64,000 bases of DNA from the NCBI RefSeq assembly GCF_009914755.1, contig NC_060929.1; one strand, written 5' to 3'. The DNA is from the human T2T-CHM13v2.0 reference genome, Homo sapiens. Below the pieces are notes generated by a model. That model saw only the letters and a program-made list of their open reading frames with translations, had not been told where the DNA came from and ran no database searches. Of this stretch, positions 27,611 through 41,390 are shown piece by piece. Position 1 is the stretch's first letter. Each line of letters starts with the position of its first letter. The position numbers were made by a program, and so were the translations under genes.

Positions 27611-28723
27611 TAAGCTCTCCTGCTATGGAACCCTACCCATTGAGCTTAATATAGTGGGATGGAACATTGCAAAGACTCCTGACATACTGTTTGAGCACTG
27701 AGAACATTAATGTTGCAAATAAAAAGGTAGGAATATGCACCTTAATGAAATGAGGGGCCTGTGTGAGGCAAGGAATGATGGTGAAGATAGAGCTTGGAGT
27801 AGCAGAGGATGGTGGGTAATTACAGTTCAAACTGATATTGAAGTGCATATAAGATCCTTTTTGTTGCTGAAGGGGTGGGAAGTGTTAAGGCATTGGAGTT
27901 TCTGAATGAGAAAATGAGAAGTTGGAAATAGCAATATTCAAGTACTACTAACAGTGTGACCTTAGATGTGTCAGATTGGTGAGGCATGTATGCATTGTAT
28001 TATGCTATTCTACAATGGGGCACAATGACAAATGCTTAAATCAAAGATGAATGAGAACTGTGCTGATGACAACTGAAAGCATTTATTGAGAGAGTACTCA
28101 AATAGATCAGCACGTTGCCATATAACCTATCCTCTTAGCCAAATTTAGGCATTCAGATCACTCAGTTATTTATAGATGTATTAAAATGTCAAAATTGAAG
28201 TACTGGTTCAATCACTTAGACATTCAGAAATATTCATTGGGCATCTGTTATGTCTGTGGCATGGTCCTAGGCAATGGTGATGAAATGGTGGATTAGGACA
28301 GACAAGGTCTCTGTTTCTTCCTGGGGATTATTTGCTGGTAGAGAAAATATACAGCATAAAATGAATAAATAAGATGGTAAATCTTGAAATTGTTATTGTG
28401 AGTAAAATAAAAAGTGTTTTTTAATAGAGAATATTAAGAAACGTGAAAAGTGAGAAGGAGCCAGACATGTGAGGAGTGTTCTAGACAGTGAGCGCAGTAA
28501 GCACAAAAACACTGGCAGGAAAGAGTTTGGGAAGTTCAAGGCACTTGGAAAAGACCAGTGTGGCTGGAACATGGTATGTAAACAGTGAAGCTGCTAGATA
28601 TAAGATTGCAGATGCTGATAGAGGCTAAATCATTCACGACCTAATAGGTCCTGGTGAGGACATTGAGTTTTTAACCTAAAGGTAATGGGAAAAAAGGAAG
28701 AGTTTTTGTTTTTGTTCTGGGGT

Positions 28724-28859
28724 TTTATTTATTTATTTTTAGTAGCGACAAGGTTTCACTATGTTACCCAGGCTGGTCTCAAATTCCTCAGTTCAAGTGA
28801 TCCTCCTGCCTCAGCCTCCCAAAGTGCTGGGCTTACAGACGTGAGCCACCATACCTGGC
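28724..28859 (-). mobile_element. Alu left monomer (FLAM_C-like)
   Basis: ggtttcactatgttacccaggctggtctc...gtgagccaccatacctggc. Confidence 0.88.
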
Positions 28860-29047
28860 AAAAGGAAGGTTTTAAGCAGAGCAGTGAAATGAAAGAGAAG
28901 TAACCAGTTAGGAGGCTATTACCAGAAACCAAGCAAGGAATAATAGTGACCTGGGAAGGCAATGGTAGAGATGCAGAGTAGTAAATGAATTTGAGGAATA
29001 TTTTGAAGGTAGACTTAACAGGATTTACTGTGCTGATTAATCTGAAT

Positions 29048-29200
29048 TTCTTTCTTTCTTTTTTCTTTTTTTAAAGACACAGGATTCCACTATGTTGTCC
29101 AGGTTGGGGTGCAGTGTGACTAATCACAGACACAGTCATTGTGCACTATAGCCTGGAATTTCTAGTCTCAAGTGATCTTTCCTCCTCAGCATCTTGAGTG
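29048..29200 (-). mobile_element. Ancient Alu monomer (FAM-like)
   Basis: cactatgttgtccagg...gtgcagtgtgactaatcacag...gcactatagcctggaa. Confidence 0.7.
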
Positions 29201-29499
29201 CTCTGTATTTCTTGCATTACAGATGAGTGAATACAGGATTACTGGAGATTAATCAGGTTTAAGATTTAAAGTCAAGAAGTCTTCAATATACATATTTTTG
29301 AAGTACCTTCATTATATCACAGCTATTAAGTAGGCATCAGAACACAATGATAGTATCATCAGCCTTGTGCTAGCCTTTCCAGAGAAGATTTAGCTTTCTG
29401 ACAGTCTGCATTGTGTATCAGCTTCACTCATGTTTGCATTAACTCAAGAGAAAAGATAGATGGATGTCTCAGCTCTCAGTTTCTAGTCCTCTGTCATTA

Positions 29500-30037
29500 C
29501 TGCTAGTTCTCCAATTTTATTTCTGTGTGACAACTATCCCCATACTGAGTGGCTTAAAACAACAACCATCTTTTTATATTGTCTTAATTCTGTGGCTGAG
29601 GAATTTAGGTAGAACTCGAATCTGTTCCTTGTGGTATCAAATGAGGGCAATCATAATATTCAATCAATAGCCTGGTCTGTAGAGTCTAAGAAAACTTTAT
29701 TTGCTTGTTTGGTACCTTGGCAAGAATGGCTGGAATGGCTGGGCTCAGCTGGGACTGCCTCCTTCAATGCCTTCAGGTAGCTACTCTGGCATGGCAATCT
29801 CAGAATAGTCACACTTCTTATATGGAGGTTAGCCTCCCTCAGATCATCTCAAGAAAACTCGACAGAGACTGCAAGACCTTTTGTAGCCTAGTCTTGGAAG
29901 TCATAGAACATCCCTTCTTTTGCCTCTACTGGTTGAAAGAGCACAAGGATTCTCAGACTCAGAAAAAGGGACATAAACTCTACTTCTAGATGCAAGAAGA
30001 TACAAAAAAATTGTAACCATTTTTAAAAACTGCCACA
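29500..30037 (-). mobile_element. MLT1-family LTR
   Basis: agtggcttaaaacaacaacc...attctgtggctgaggaattt...aaaactgccaca. Confidence 0.7.
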
Positions 30038-30049
30038 CTATTATAAACA

Positions 30050-30396
30050 CATTTCTTACTTGACTCTGTGCTGCTGTAACAGAATATGTGAGACTGGGTA
30101 ATTTCTAAAGAACACAGATTTATTTCTTACAGTTCTAGAGACTGAGAAGTCCAAGGTTGAGGGGCTGCATCTGGCTAGGGCTTTCTTGCTACATCACTCA
30201 ATGGCAGAAGGTAGAAGAACAAGTGATCATAGGCAAGAGAGAGTGCAAGAGATCAAGCATACAGTCTCGATCCCTTTTATAATAAACATTAATCTATTTA
30301 TCTAGACACCTCCCATTAGGACCCATCTCCCAAAACTGTTGCATTGGGGATTAAGTTTCCAACACATGCTTTCTGGGACACCTTCAAACTATAGCA
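30050..30396 (-). mobile_element. MST/MLT1A-type MaLR LTR
   Basis: gctgctgtaacagaatatgtgagactgggtaattt...aagtccaaggttgagggg...caaactatagca. Confidence 0.8.
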
Positions 30397-30793
30397 CTTC
30401 CAAATCTTGTATGTTCTAGTACAATAGTTATTTAAGTTGTTTTTAGTTTCTGAGCTCCTTAGAAAAAGGCAAGTTCATTACTTTGAAGTGTACATTAACT
30501 CAGTAAGTAGAAAGATGATGAGGCAAAGAATAAAATCAAGTAAGTTTTCTAGTGCTAAGGATCTTAGCTAGGGAAGATTCTCTTGATAATGTCACGTCTT
30601 CTAAAGGAAGAAAATTATAAAGGAAGAAACGTAGGCCTGAAAATAAGAAAAACTGGTTGTTATTCAGGCCTTTAGTTTGGTCGGTTAGAACACATCGGTA
30701 ACCAAGAGGTTCAATTTGTAAGTAAGAGAATGCAATTGTGTTTAATGAAAAGCAAGTTGTTCCATTTTTTCATTTGTGGGGTGGTTTGCATAG

Positions 30794-31287
30794 CATGCTG
30801 GTTAATTTTATGTATTAACTTGGCATCCAAATACTTGGTCAATCACTAGTCTAAATGTTGCTGTGAATATTTTTTTTAGATGAGATTAACATTTAAATCA
30901 GTAGACTTTGAGTAAAGCAGATTACTCTCCATAATGTGGTGAACTCAACCACAATGAGCCAAAGACCTTAAGAGTAAAAAGGAGGAAGTCTCCTGGGGAA
31001 GAAAGAATTCTGCCTCCATACTATCTTTAGACTAAAGCTGAAACGTCAACTTTTCCTTGGGTTTCTAGCCTGCTGGCCTACCTTGCAGATTTTGCACTTG
31101 CCAGCCTTTATAATCATGTAAGCCAAATCTTTAAAATAATTCCCTCCCCTCATCTACAAACACACATGCACACACACATACACCATACCTCTCTTTCTAC
31201 ACACACACACACACACACACATACACACACATGTAGACACACGTATACATCCTCTTGGTTCTGTTTTTCTGCATAACTTTAATACAC
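30794..31287 (+). mobile_element. MLT2 LTR with internal (CA)n
   Basis: ggttaattttatgtattaacttgg...gattaacatttaaatcagtagactttgagtaaagcagatt...taataca. Confidence 0.82.
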
Positions 31288-31526
31288 AGTTACAGTTGTT
31301 CTGTATGTCTGACTGTATCCCTAACCTCAACTATCTCTCTAATGAATAAATGTGTGACCAAAGACAGTGTAGGGAAACTTCCCACTGGCATTTGAAAAAC
31401 AGCTTAGTAAATTGGCTTCATTGTAAATATGAAAGTCAGCAGCCTCTTTCTGTCCCATAGGGATTAATATCTAAGCAGAAAAATATAAATTCATGTAATT
31501 CAATAAAATCTTTTTTTTTTTTTAGA

Positions 31527-31712
31527 CCGATGGTTCTCAACTTTGGTATTAGTATCAGCTAGGGAATTGTTAAAAGATTCCAGTGCTTTGAGCCCCACCC
31601 CAGACCATTTGCCCACCATTTCTGGAGGAAAGTGGTGGGCATGTATAGTTGTGTTTCGTTTCCATTGCTGCCATGACTGTAATTTGCAGCTTGTCTTGAG
31701 AACCACTGATCT
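31527..31712. mobile_element. MER5-type hAT-Charlie MITE
   Basis: Ends gatggttctcaac ... ttgagaaccactg are inverted repeats; internal ccccaccccagacc. Confidence 0.7.
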
Positions 31713-32436
31713 AGGCTAAATGTTGCAACATGGCAGCTGTTGGGCTGAAGCTATCTCATTAATCTATCTTGCTGGGCTAGCTTTGTGTTTTTTTGTTTGT
31801 TGTCTCTATGCTTGCTTTTTCAATAATTTGAATTTGAGCACTCCGGGGTAGGTACCTACTGTGCAGTTCTTGGTAGGTCATGCTCCTTTCTATGACTTTT
31901 CACCTGGCTGTTTTACAAAATAGCATTGCCTTCCATGTCTCTAACAGCTTTCAAGGGCATGATCCTTGAATTTCAGACTGTAAAATATTATCGTCAAATA
32001 TATATTATGACTCTAGGTAGAGGGACTGAGAATAAGGACATGAAATTTGGGAAATGCATTTGGCAGTTCATGAGGAGCACATTCAAATCCAGGCAGGGTG
32101 GAATTTAGGAAAACATTGCTTCTGATTATGATCATTCCAAAAGGCAGACTTCAAGAAGAATCTGAATGATGAATAGAAATGTTGTGTCTTCAGGCATTAG
32201 AAGAGCTGATAGATGATACTGTAATTATTTAGGTGTTTCCAAATGTGTGTCTAGTTGATTTTTCTTGTTAATACTTAAGTATCTTAGTAGTTAATTAATT
32301 TCCTAATTTTTTATTTGATGCTTCTAAGTTATGATAAGGATCTGTAATCCAGCTCCCTTCCCCCAAAGTATGTCTGCGTTCACTGTTTTTAACATTTTGG
32401 GAGAAAGAACATTTTTAGCTTTAGAGTCACAACTTT

Positions 32437-32464
32437 TGTTGTTGTTGTTGTTGTTGTTGTTGTT
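32437..32464 (+). repeat. (GTT)~9 trinucleotide repeat
   Basis: Seen directly. Confidence 0.92.
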
Positions 32465-35400
32465 TCACTTAAATGCTCTAGTTACAACGTCCAGAGAACT
32501 TTGGTAATTGTTGATTTGGGCCATGATGTCATTGACATTTTATAGCTGAGGTTCTTTTTTTAAATAATAGCTAACTCTAGACTTTAAGTATTATTTTTGT
32601 TGGGGTAATAGAGCTATAAAAGAGGCAAAACACATCTCTAATTTCAGTACACTAACATTAAAAGAAGAATTGCCAGAATAAGGATTTTAAAAATCAAACA
32701 TTTTAGGAGTAGTCCAGACTGTATTGGACAATTGTCACAGATGTTTTCTAGGATTAAGTTGGTCCAAGCAATAAAATTTAGCTGGTAAGTGACCTATTTT
32801 TGAGTTTTTCCTTCCATCTCATAAGCAAGCTATTGCCATTCTACTATTGTTTCCATGGAAGAATGCTTTCTAGGAGGTAGTATAGCATTGTATCGTTCAC
32901 AAGTAAATATCTTGGGTGAAATTAACTAAAGTATAAGAGACTGCAAGATAGTTTAAAGTAACTTTTTAGTGTACATAAATCAGTGCCATAAAGGCTTTGG
33001 TTTTCTGATAATGAAGATGTCGAATATCCCAAAACAGGATTGTGTCAGCTATTAATTTATTCCCCATTCATTATGTAAGTCAAATCTAATGCAATTGTAT
33101 TGCAATAATGAACATGTCAATTCGGTTGTCTAAAAGAGAATACATTTTCCGTAGGCATATGTGGTTACAAATCCTTCTTAATGTATAATGGAACTCAGGG
33201 AACATAGATAAAATGGCTTAATGAAAAAACGTGTAAAATCTTGGGTAGTTACAAATCTCACAGCTTCTTCATTTGATCACTTGTTGCCATTTTGGCAGTA
33301 AAATCTATCCAAAAACCTTCTGACACTCAAAAGAACTGAATTAGTGATAGCTTTTAGCTGAACATTGTTCACAGAAGTCTTAGGCATACAGAATTTACCT
33401 GAGTCACATCAATACTTGTCGTTAATAGCATTTACCCTTAGCACTGCCTTATTCTATTGCTTATGCTCCAATTTAATCCATGGGGAAAAGCCAAATAAAA
33501 TACTCTTTGTTTGGAAAAACTTAAATCATCCCAGAATTCAGTGAGCTCAGGGCAGCCAAACACAATCAATGACAGTCAGAACTTTGGTTTGGGTTGCTAG
33601 TAGTATCAAATAAATATCATGGCTACAGTTCTTGATGTCAGCCCCTTTCCTAGATCTACTGTTGGCAAAAATCCTATCTGCTGTATTTCATTACAAACTA
33701 AAATCTCATGGGAATTCTTGGAGGGTTCACTTTACGTTGTTGTTCAATAATCCATATGGAAAGAGTCTTAGAAATACTGAAGCATTTTGCTTTGACTCTT
33801 CCTTAATTTAAAAGTTATTCCATTTTGTAACTAATGCCTCTTTTCCACGTTTAAATATCTTATAAACACTGTCATCAGGTTCTGGAGCTTTACTATTCTC
33901 TTGCCCCTGACAGCTATAATAACCTCTTCAAAACAAAAGAAATAAATAATTCATAACCTGGAAAATGGACCTCTGAGTAATTGAGTTATTTGTGTATATT
34001 TGAATAGATATTAGGAATTATTAGACCACATTCTATTTTAAGGGATCATTATGATATATAGAAATAAATGTACATTATATGACTCAGAGACCAAGTAACA
34101 GTTACTTAAACTTAGGAGTACAACCTTTCCATGAAAGGCTATTTCTCCTTAACTGAGAGTTTTATGAAAATTTGGCTACAAAACTACTTGGGAATTTATC
34201 TGTTTAATCATGATGCATATTGATTAGCAAATTTTCTGAATTTTATTAATATTATAATATATAATTGAAGCACCATGATATGGTATCTTCTGTCTAGCAT
34301 TATTTAAAATGTATGCAATATGTTTGGGATTAAGAAAAAGTTTCTCAACTGCACTTATATATTCTATTTTCCTTAAGCCACAAGTTATTTTAGAAGTGCA
34401 TGAATAAAAACTGATTATTAAAATTCAAATGAATACATCTTTTCATCACATTGCAAATTATTGCTAATAATTAACTCAACTTCATTTACATAATGTGACT
34501 GTACTTTGGGTTTGCCCTTTTCAACATGAAGAATTAATAGGCAAAAAACAAAAAAGGAAGAAAAAAAGCATTTGAATAGTGAAGGACTCTAATGTCACTC
34601 ATATAGAGCATATTTTAAAGAGTACCCCAGGTAATTTTTTTTAACATTACCATTCCACTGTTCCTCTCTAGAGACTAAGACTTTCCAAGAAAGAGGTGTT
34701 CCCAATTACAAAATAATTTGCCAAGATCCAAAGAAGTAAGACTAATATACAACTCTTTCTCATCTTTGGATATTGAATGTCTTCTTTATTATCCATGCAG
34801 GTACATTTTAAGAAGTATTTTCAGCTTGTAATAAAGCAATAATAATATTACTAGCTTGATTAATTATTTCTCAGTTAGGATGCAATTGGAAGAATCTCAC
34901 AGCTGAGCATCAGAATGTCTTATAAAGTTTATTTTAAAATATAATGCTTGGCTCCACCCCTAACATTTCCATTCACTTTTCTGGAAGTAAGGAGGGACAT
35001 CTGTGTTTTTAACACACTGAAGAGCCAAGGTTGACAGCCACTGGGTTAGATTATCTAGGATATGAATAAGTAAAGAGGTAAGAGATGCATTGAATTACAC
35101 ATTTTTATAAAAAGAATAGTTTTATTAGCACTAAAAATATTTTAAAAATTAATTATATATATTCATTATACATACATATTCACTACAAGAGAAAATACTT
35201 TGTGAAACAGATTAAAGGTGAAGTGAATTAAGTACAGTTTGCAAATCGAGGGTGGCTCACCATCCCTGGATTCCACGACGCAGCAAGCAGGGAGAGGAAC
35301 AGGGGTTTCTAGCATATTTGGAACATGATCTCATCAGAAAGTGTTGCTGAAGCAAGAAAGCCCAATGGAAATAGTCTCCTATCTTCAACCATTATGCAAG

Positions 35401-36139
35401 ATAATTCAGGACGGTGAATTTGGCAGTACGGAAGAGGGAAATTTTAACAACTTTATATAATAATCATAAATTAATGTTGCTAAACATAGTTTATGTTCAT
35501 TATAATTGTTAATATAATTCTGGTCTAAAACAATTGGAGAGAGATTGTATATAAGGAAAGAACATTAACTAGCTCAGTATTCTAGATATTCCAGGCTATA
35601 ACCTACTTAATCTGAATCTTAATCTGAGTCTATTCAAGCAATAGATGGTAGGGAGTTCTAATAAAACTAGTAAATAGACAACCTAGTATAAAACATGTTA
35701 TTCTGTGTTGAACAGATCTGTGTTTTAAAAGCCAGTTTGTAGGGTCACTCTCCATTATCCATTGAAGTAGTTTAATTAAAAACAGCTGAGACAATGACAT
35801 CACAATAGGCTTATTAGAATAAAAGGGAAATATTGAGGCATCCAAGAACACAGTTAAACAGAGTTCAGCTATGACAATCAACGTTCAGGATTGAATTATA
35901 AAGAAGCAGGGATGGGGAAGAAAAATAAACGATCGAGTAAACATGAAGGGGACACATCATTTTTCAAGGAACATTTGAGCCTAGGTTCATCCAGAAGGGG
36001 TGACACTTCTTTTAAAACCTCAAAAAAGGGCCTATCCAGCCCAAGGCCAGGTTTCTAACTGGAGGGGCGACTATTAGGACAAAAGAAGTCCAGTCTGAAG
36101 CTCTCATTGGAAAAAGATCTAACTATAAAAAATGCTGCC

Positions 36140-36530
36140 ACTTCTGCTGATGATGATAGATAAAATTTACCATGCGCCAATCACTATTCCAAGCACTTTA
36201 CCCACATTAACTTACTTAATCTTCATAACAATGCCATTGGATAGGTACATTATTATATTACAGATAAAGAAACGGAGGCACCAGAATTTCATTCATTTAC
36301 TCATTTAAACATACCGATGAGAACAGAAAAACATACTAAGAAGTTAACTAAAAAAAATAGAAAAGATGCTGACACTCCTATTTATATTTCTTTCATTCGT
36401 CCTAAAATTTTCTTCAATCCATAATTGAGTACCTATTATTTACCAGATACACAAAAGATAGATGCTTCATATATGGTTCTTAGTATTCCTGAAGTTTATG
36501 ATATTATTAGGGAGACATGTCTACTCACAA
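36140..36530 (-). mobile_element. MIR and L2 fragments
   Basis: ttaatcttcataacaa...ttacagataaagaaacggaggcac; attgagtacctattatttaccag. Confidence 0.6.
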
Positions 36531-37113
36531 ATAATTAATATCTCTTTCACTTTTTCTAATTGTTAAATTGAGCACTGAAGGATCAGTAAGAGGGCAGCCC
36601 AGGAGGATTGTCAAGTACCTACTTCTCTGTGTCAGTGAATAAAATAATTCCTGTTTGATGTTTCGGCACTGTGAATCGATGTGTTATTTTACTTTTAATG
36701 TAATAATTCTTTTGAGACTACACTGTAAAACTCAAAGTAGAAGGCCATGTTTGCCACCAGCAGCAGCAGCTCATCCCTGATGACCTCCAAGTAGGGAATA
36801 ACAAAGTATAAAAAAACACTTAAAAGCTGTTTTAGGGTTTATCCCAAAACACACCCACATACACACATGATGGAACAGGTCATAACATCCCTGAGTCTAG
36901 CAAGATTTTATAAACCAAACTGTGTTTTTAAAGAAAGTTTTAACCCTTTCGATACTTTTTAAGTTTTGTTTTGTTTCTTAAACACATATAATTTGATTTC
37001 CTTACATGTATCAAAATAGTCTTGGAAGAAATTTCTTTCTTTCCCTATTATATGTAAATATTGATGGCACTTTTGTCCTAAGATTTTTTCTTTTTTCTTT
37101 TCTAAATGTGCAC

Positions 37114-37215
37114 TTGCCAGATGAAATACGGAATGCTCAGTTAAATTTGAACTTTAGATAAGCAATGATTTTATTTTTACTATAAGAAGTTCCTTTTTGT
37201 TTGATAAATCTGGTA
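37114..37215. mobile_element. MER53-like hAT MITE, internally deleted
   Basis: ttgccagatgaaatacggaatgctcagttaaatttgaactttagataa...aaatctggtaa. Confidence 0.65.
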
Positions 37216-37996
37216 AAATTAAAGTAGCTTCCATGAACTATTCTTCTCCCTGTTCTATCTCCCTGTTCTATCTACCACTTGTCAATTTGTTCAATTTTTA
37301 ATTTATGTAATCAAGTAATACTTATCAAGTGACAATTATATGTCAAATATTATTCTAAGCACATGACAGTGTATCAGTGAATAAAACATATACTTTGCTG
37401 TAATAGGCATATATTCTGATAAAGGAAAGACAAAGGAGAGAACTCATAATCTCGAACATTTTGAGAAATTAGAGAACAAGGATAATCTTGAAAACATTCC
37501 TATCTTTCCCACAGTGAAACAAAATATCTTCTGACTATAAAACTTACTTGGAGTATATAATATAGTTTATTGCCCAGTCAAGATTTGTTTATTACTTTAT
37601 CTGTAATAAACTTCAATGATCTAATGTTTTATCATTCAGCCCATTAATCTATCTTTTATTCTTCATATGATCAATGCTTTAAAAAGGGAATAAATTCTCC
37701 TATGAACCAAATGGGTTTTGTGCAAAGGAAATTTCTCTTCCCTTTTTCACTCAGTTTTGTTATTATTGTTAAAGACATTTAAAATTGGATGATGTCTAAT
37801 GAGATATTTGAGCATAGACTCACTGACCTCTTGGTAGAAAAATGAAAGAGGGGATTTGATTTTAATTATTTTTTTCATTGAACTGAAACCTAGAATACAT
37901 TTATCCCAGATGAATAGTTGAGACACATGGAGCAAAATTAGCAAATACATTCTCAGGTTTATATAATCTATACTCATAAAACTTTACATTTCATTA

Positions 37997-38319
37997 GGCC
38001 AGGAGCGGTGGCTCACGCCTATAATCCCAGCATTTTGGGAGGCCGAGGCAGGTGCATGATCTGAGGTCAGGAGTTCAAGACTAGCCTGGCCAACATGGTG
38101 AAACCCCATCTCTACTAAAAATACAAAAATTAGCCAGGCGTGGTGGCGCATGCCTGTAATCCCAGCTACCCAGGAGGCTGAGGCAGGAGAATCACTTCAA
38201 CCCGGGAGACAGAGGTTGCGGTGAGCCAAGATCACGCCATTGCACTCCACCCTGGGCAACAAAAGTGAAACTCCATCTCAAAAAACTAAATAACTAGATA
38301 ACTAACTAAATAAATAAAA
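37997..38319 (+). mobile_element. AluS (Sp/Sq-like) with a TAAA/TAAC tail
   Basis: Full-length Alu sequence. Confidence 0.96.
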
Positions 38320-38589
38320 CATAATGCTCTGTGATCATGTATACATACAAATAAACCCATGTCTGATAATAGGATACAAAAAGTCACCAGAGAAACCCTA
38401 GGGATTACATATCCAGGACTCAATGACTTTATTCTACATGGCTTGCTCTACTCACTTTTTCTCACATACTTCCCTCTGCCTCACTTGTACATTTGCTTCA
38501 CATTGTTACTTGGAAATACACCCCCACTGGTTCTGGAAAGTGCTTTCTTTTTGCTAACAAGAGGACTTCCTAGAAAAGAACCCTAGAGT

Positions 38590-38740
38590 GGGAATCTGAT
38601 AAACTGGGTTCTAGGCCAGGATCTGCCACTAATTTGTTCTCTCTGTGTGTAAGCCTCAAGTTATTTTGTATTTCTAGTCCTCAGTTCCTCATCTGTAAAA
38701 TGAATAGGATAGAGTTCAAGTCACAGATGAACCAGCTAGC
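38590..38740 (+). mobile_element. MIR
   Basis: ctgggttctaggccaggatctgccact...cctcagttcctcatctgtaaaatg. Confidence 0.7.
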
Positions 38741-39139
38741 CTAGCCCTCCTAACATTCAATGATTCAACCTCATGTTTACCATCCCTAACAATGAGGTCT
38801 TAAAGTCCTGCTTAAATACATCTAGAGATGTTCCATTAGATTTACTCTGTATGAGAAAAGTTTTCCATTATTTGAGCCTAAATCTTCCTCCATGTGGTTT
38901 CCAATTTTGGTCCAATTTTGTCCTCTTGAGTGTCCTAACTCAAAGTTATTCACTGCCTTTTTGTTTAGGATAGCTATCCTAATTCTTGTCCCTTCCACCC
39001 TTCTCCATCTCAGTTCCAGCCTAACAGCTTGAGATAGTTTAACTTTCCTTAAGAAATGATTTCAAGTGCTTTGCTCTCTTGGTCACTTCTCCCTGGATTG
39101 GGCTGCTTGTCACTGGTGCTTAAAGGGCAGTACCTAGAA

Positions 39140-39405
39140 TAATTAATAATCACTAATAATTATAGTAGCAATAACAATAACAAGCTTGTTATGTGCTAGC
39201 CACTGCTTTAAGTGTTTTACGTATATAATTGTATGTAATCATTCCAGCGGCTTTATGCAGTAGTAGTGTTATTATTCACATGGAAACCGTAAGCAACAGA
39301 GGTTAAACAACTTCCCAAAGTTGTTTAACATGACAGCGCAGGCATTTGAATCCAGGGTAGTCTGGACTGGAATGTATAGCCTATGCTCTTAATGACTGGG
39401 CTATC
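39140..39405 (-). mobile_element. MIR
   Basis: atgtgctagccactgctttaagtgttttac...gaggttaaacaactt...atttgaatccagg. Confidence 0.7.
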
Positions 39406-40547
39406 CTGCATTTTCTAAAATGTATACTTTTGACATAGTTTGTGTACCACTCAGTTGGCTGGGACTTACATCCTCCTTACTCTGGACACTATATTTTGAT
39501 GAATGTAATCGAAGACTGAATTATGTTCCATGTATGCATATGCTCTATGTGTGTAGACTCCAATTTTTATATTTAAAATTTTGATTTTAAATATCATGTA
39601 CTTTGCTGAACACAAAGATTATAATGATAAAAATAAGCCACTCCCTATCAAGTTAGAAAATACATGTGTGAATGAGAAACCAAAATACATTGTAAGTACA
39701 GTGACTGAAATTCACTCTAAGATTAATGGGAACATAGAAAATGTAACTAATTTTATCTAAGATAATAATTAATTACTTTACCAACAAAGTTACATTTGGA
39801 TATGTTCTTTAAAGATGAACAGGATCATTGGTTAAAGAAAAAAATATTGGCAAAATATTTTGTCTGTATTATCTTTTGAAAACAATGTCTCAAATCTAAT
39901 CAGGAATTAATTCACATCATGTTCATTAAACATTGCTTCTAATGAACATGATACTAAATGGAAATGTTCATTAGGAAATGGAAACTACTATTAAATAAAA
40001 TGTTTGGTCATTTAGGGTCTTTTAGAACTTTTAGGTTCATCATGATTTTACAAAGATTCTGTCAGTGATCTCTAATTAGTAGGAAATATAGTCTATTTAA
40101 ATAGAAACATTTGAACCCATTTAGAGGAATTATATGCTATAATACAGTATTTCCATCTCTAATAGAATGGCTTTTAAAAGGAATTTTAGGTGCCTTAATG
40201 AACCTTAATATATTTTAAGATTTATCAACTTGCTAATATTGTTCTTTCAGGCTTAGGTCACTTTTTTCTCCTTCCTTAGTTATTTCCTTTTATTTAACTT
40301 TCTGTACTTATTCTTATGTTATTTAATTGATTGGTGTGGGTATATGGAAATTCCCTTCAGGTTTACTTCTGAAAACTGTGACTTATGTCATTGGTTTTGG
40401 ATTTGAGCCATCTTCTTTTCAGGCCTTGATCCAATAAATCTTACCAATCTTTCTGCGGCCTCTAAAATTTGCTTTCTTGAAACCCATGTTACATATCTGA
40501 CTTCCTGCCATGTTTTCTTTACTCAATTTTGGGTATTCTATGGCCTT

Positions 40548-40710
40548 TTTACTCAAAGTGTAGTCCATGGACCAGTAGGATGAAATCTCCTGGGTTCTTG
40601 TTATAAATGTAGAATCTCAGGCCCCCACGCTAGTCCAACTGAGTCAGAAGGAGCACACTTAAAAGAACTTCATATACTTTGTTAGCACATTGAATCAGAG
40701 AAGCCTATTT
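40548..40710. mobile_element. MER5A MITE
   Basis: tactcaaagtgtagtccatggaccag...aatgtagaatctcaggcccc. Confidence 0.7.
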
Positions 40711-40845
40711 TAAGATGACACAGCAGAATCACTTTCTCAAGAGGTCCTCTCATTTCCACCCCTCAACAAAGTCTTCCTTGACAGTCAGTTTGATGGACTT
40801 TTAGGGGAAAACAATTTACTTCAAGACAAATGAAGAACCTATCAG

Positions 40846-41390
<545 letters not shown>

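Larger units (their letters stand above)
28210..29340 (-). mobile_element. L2 LINE fragment hosting two Alu monomers
   Basis: cattcagaaatattcattgggcatctgttatgt..., gaccagtgtggctggaac, ccagttaggaggctatt. Confidence 0.7.
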
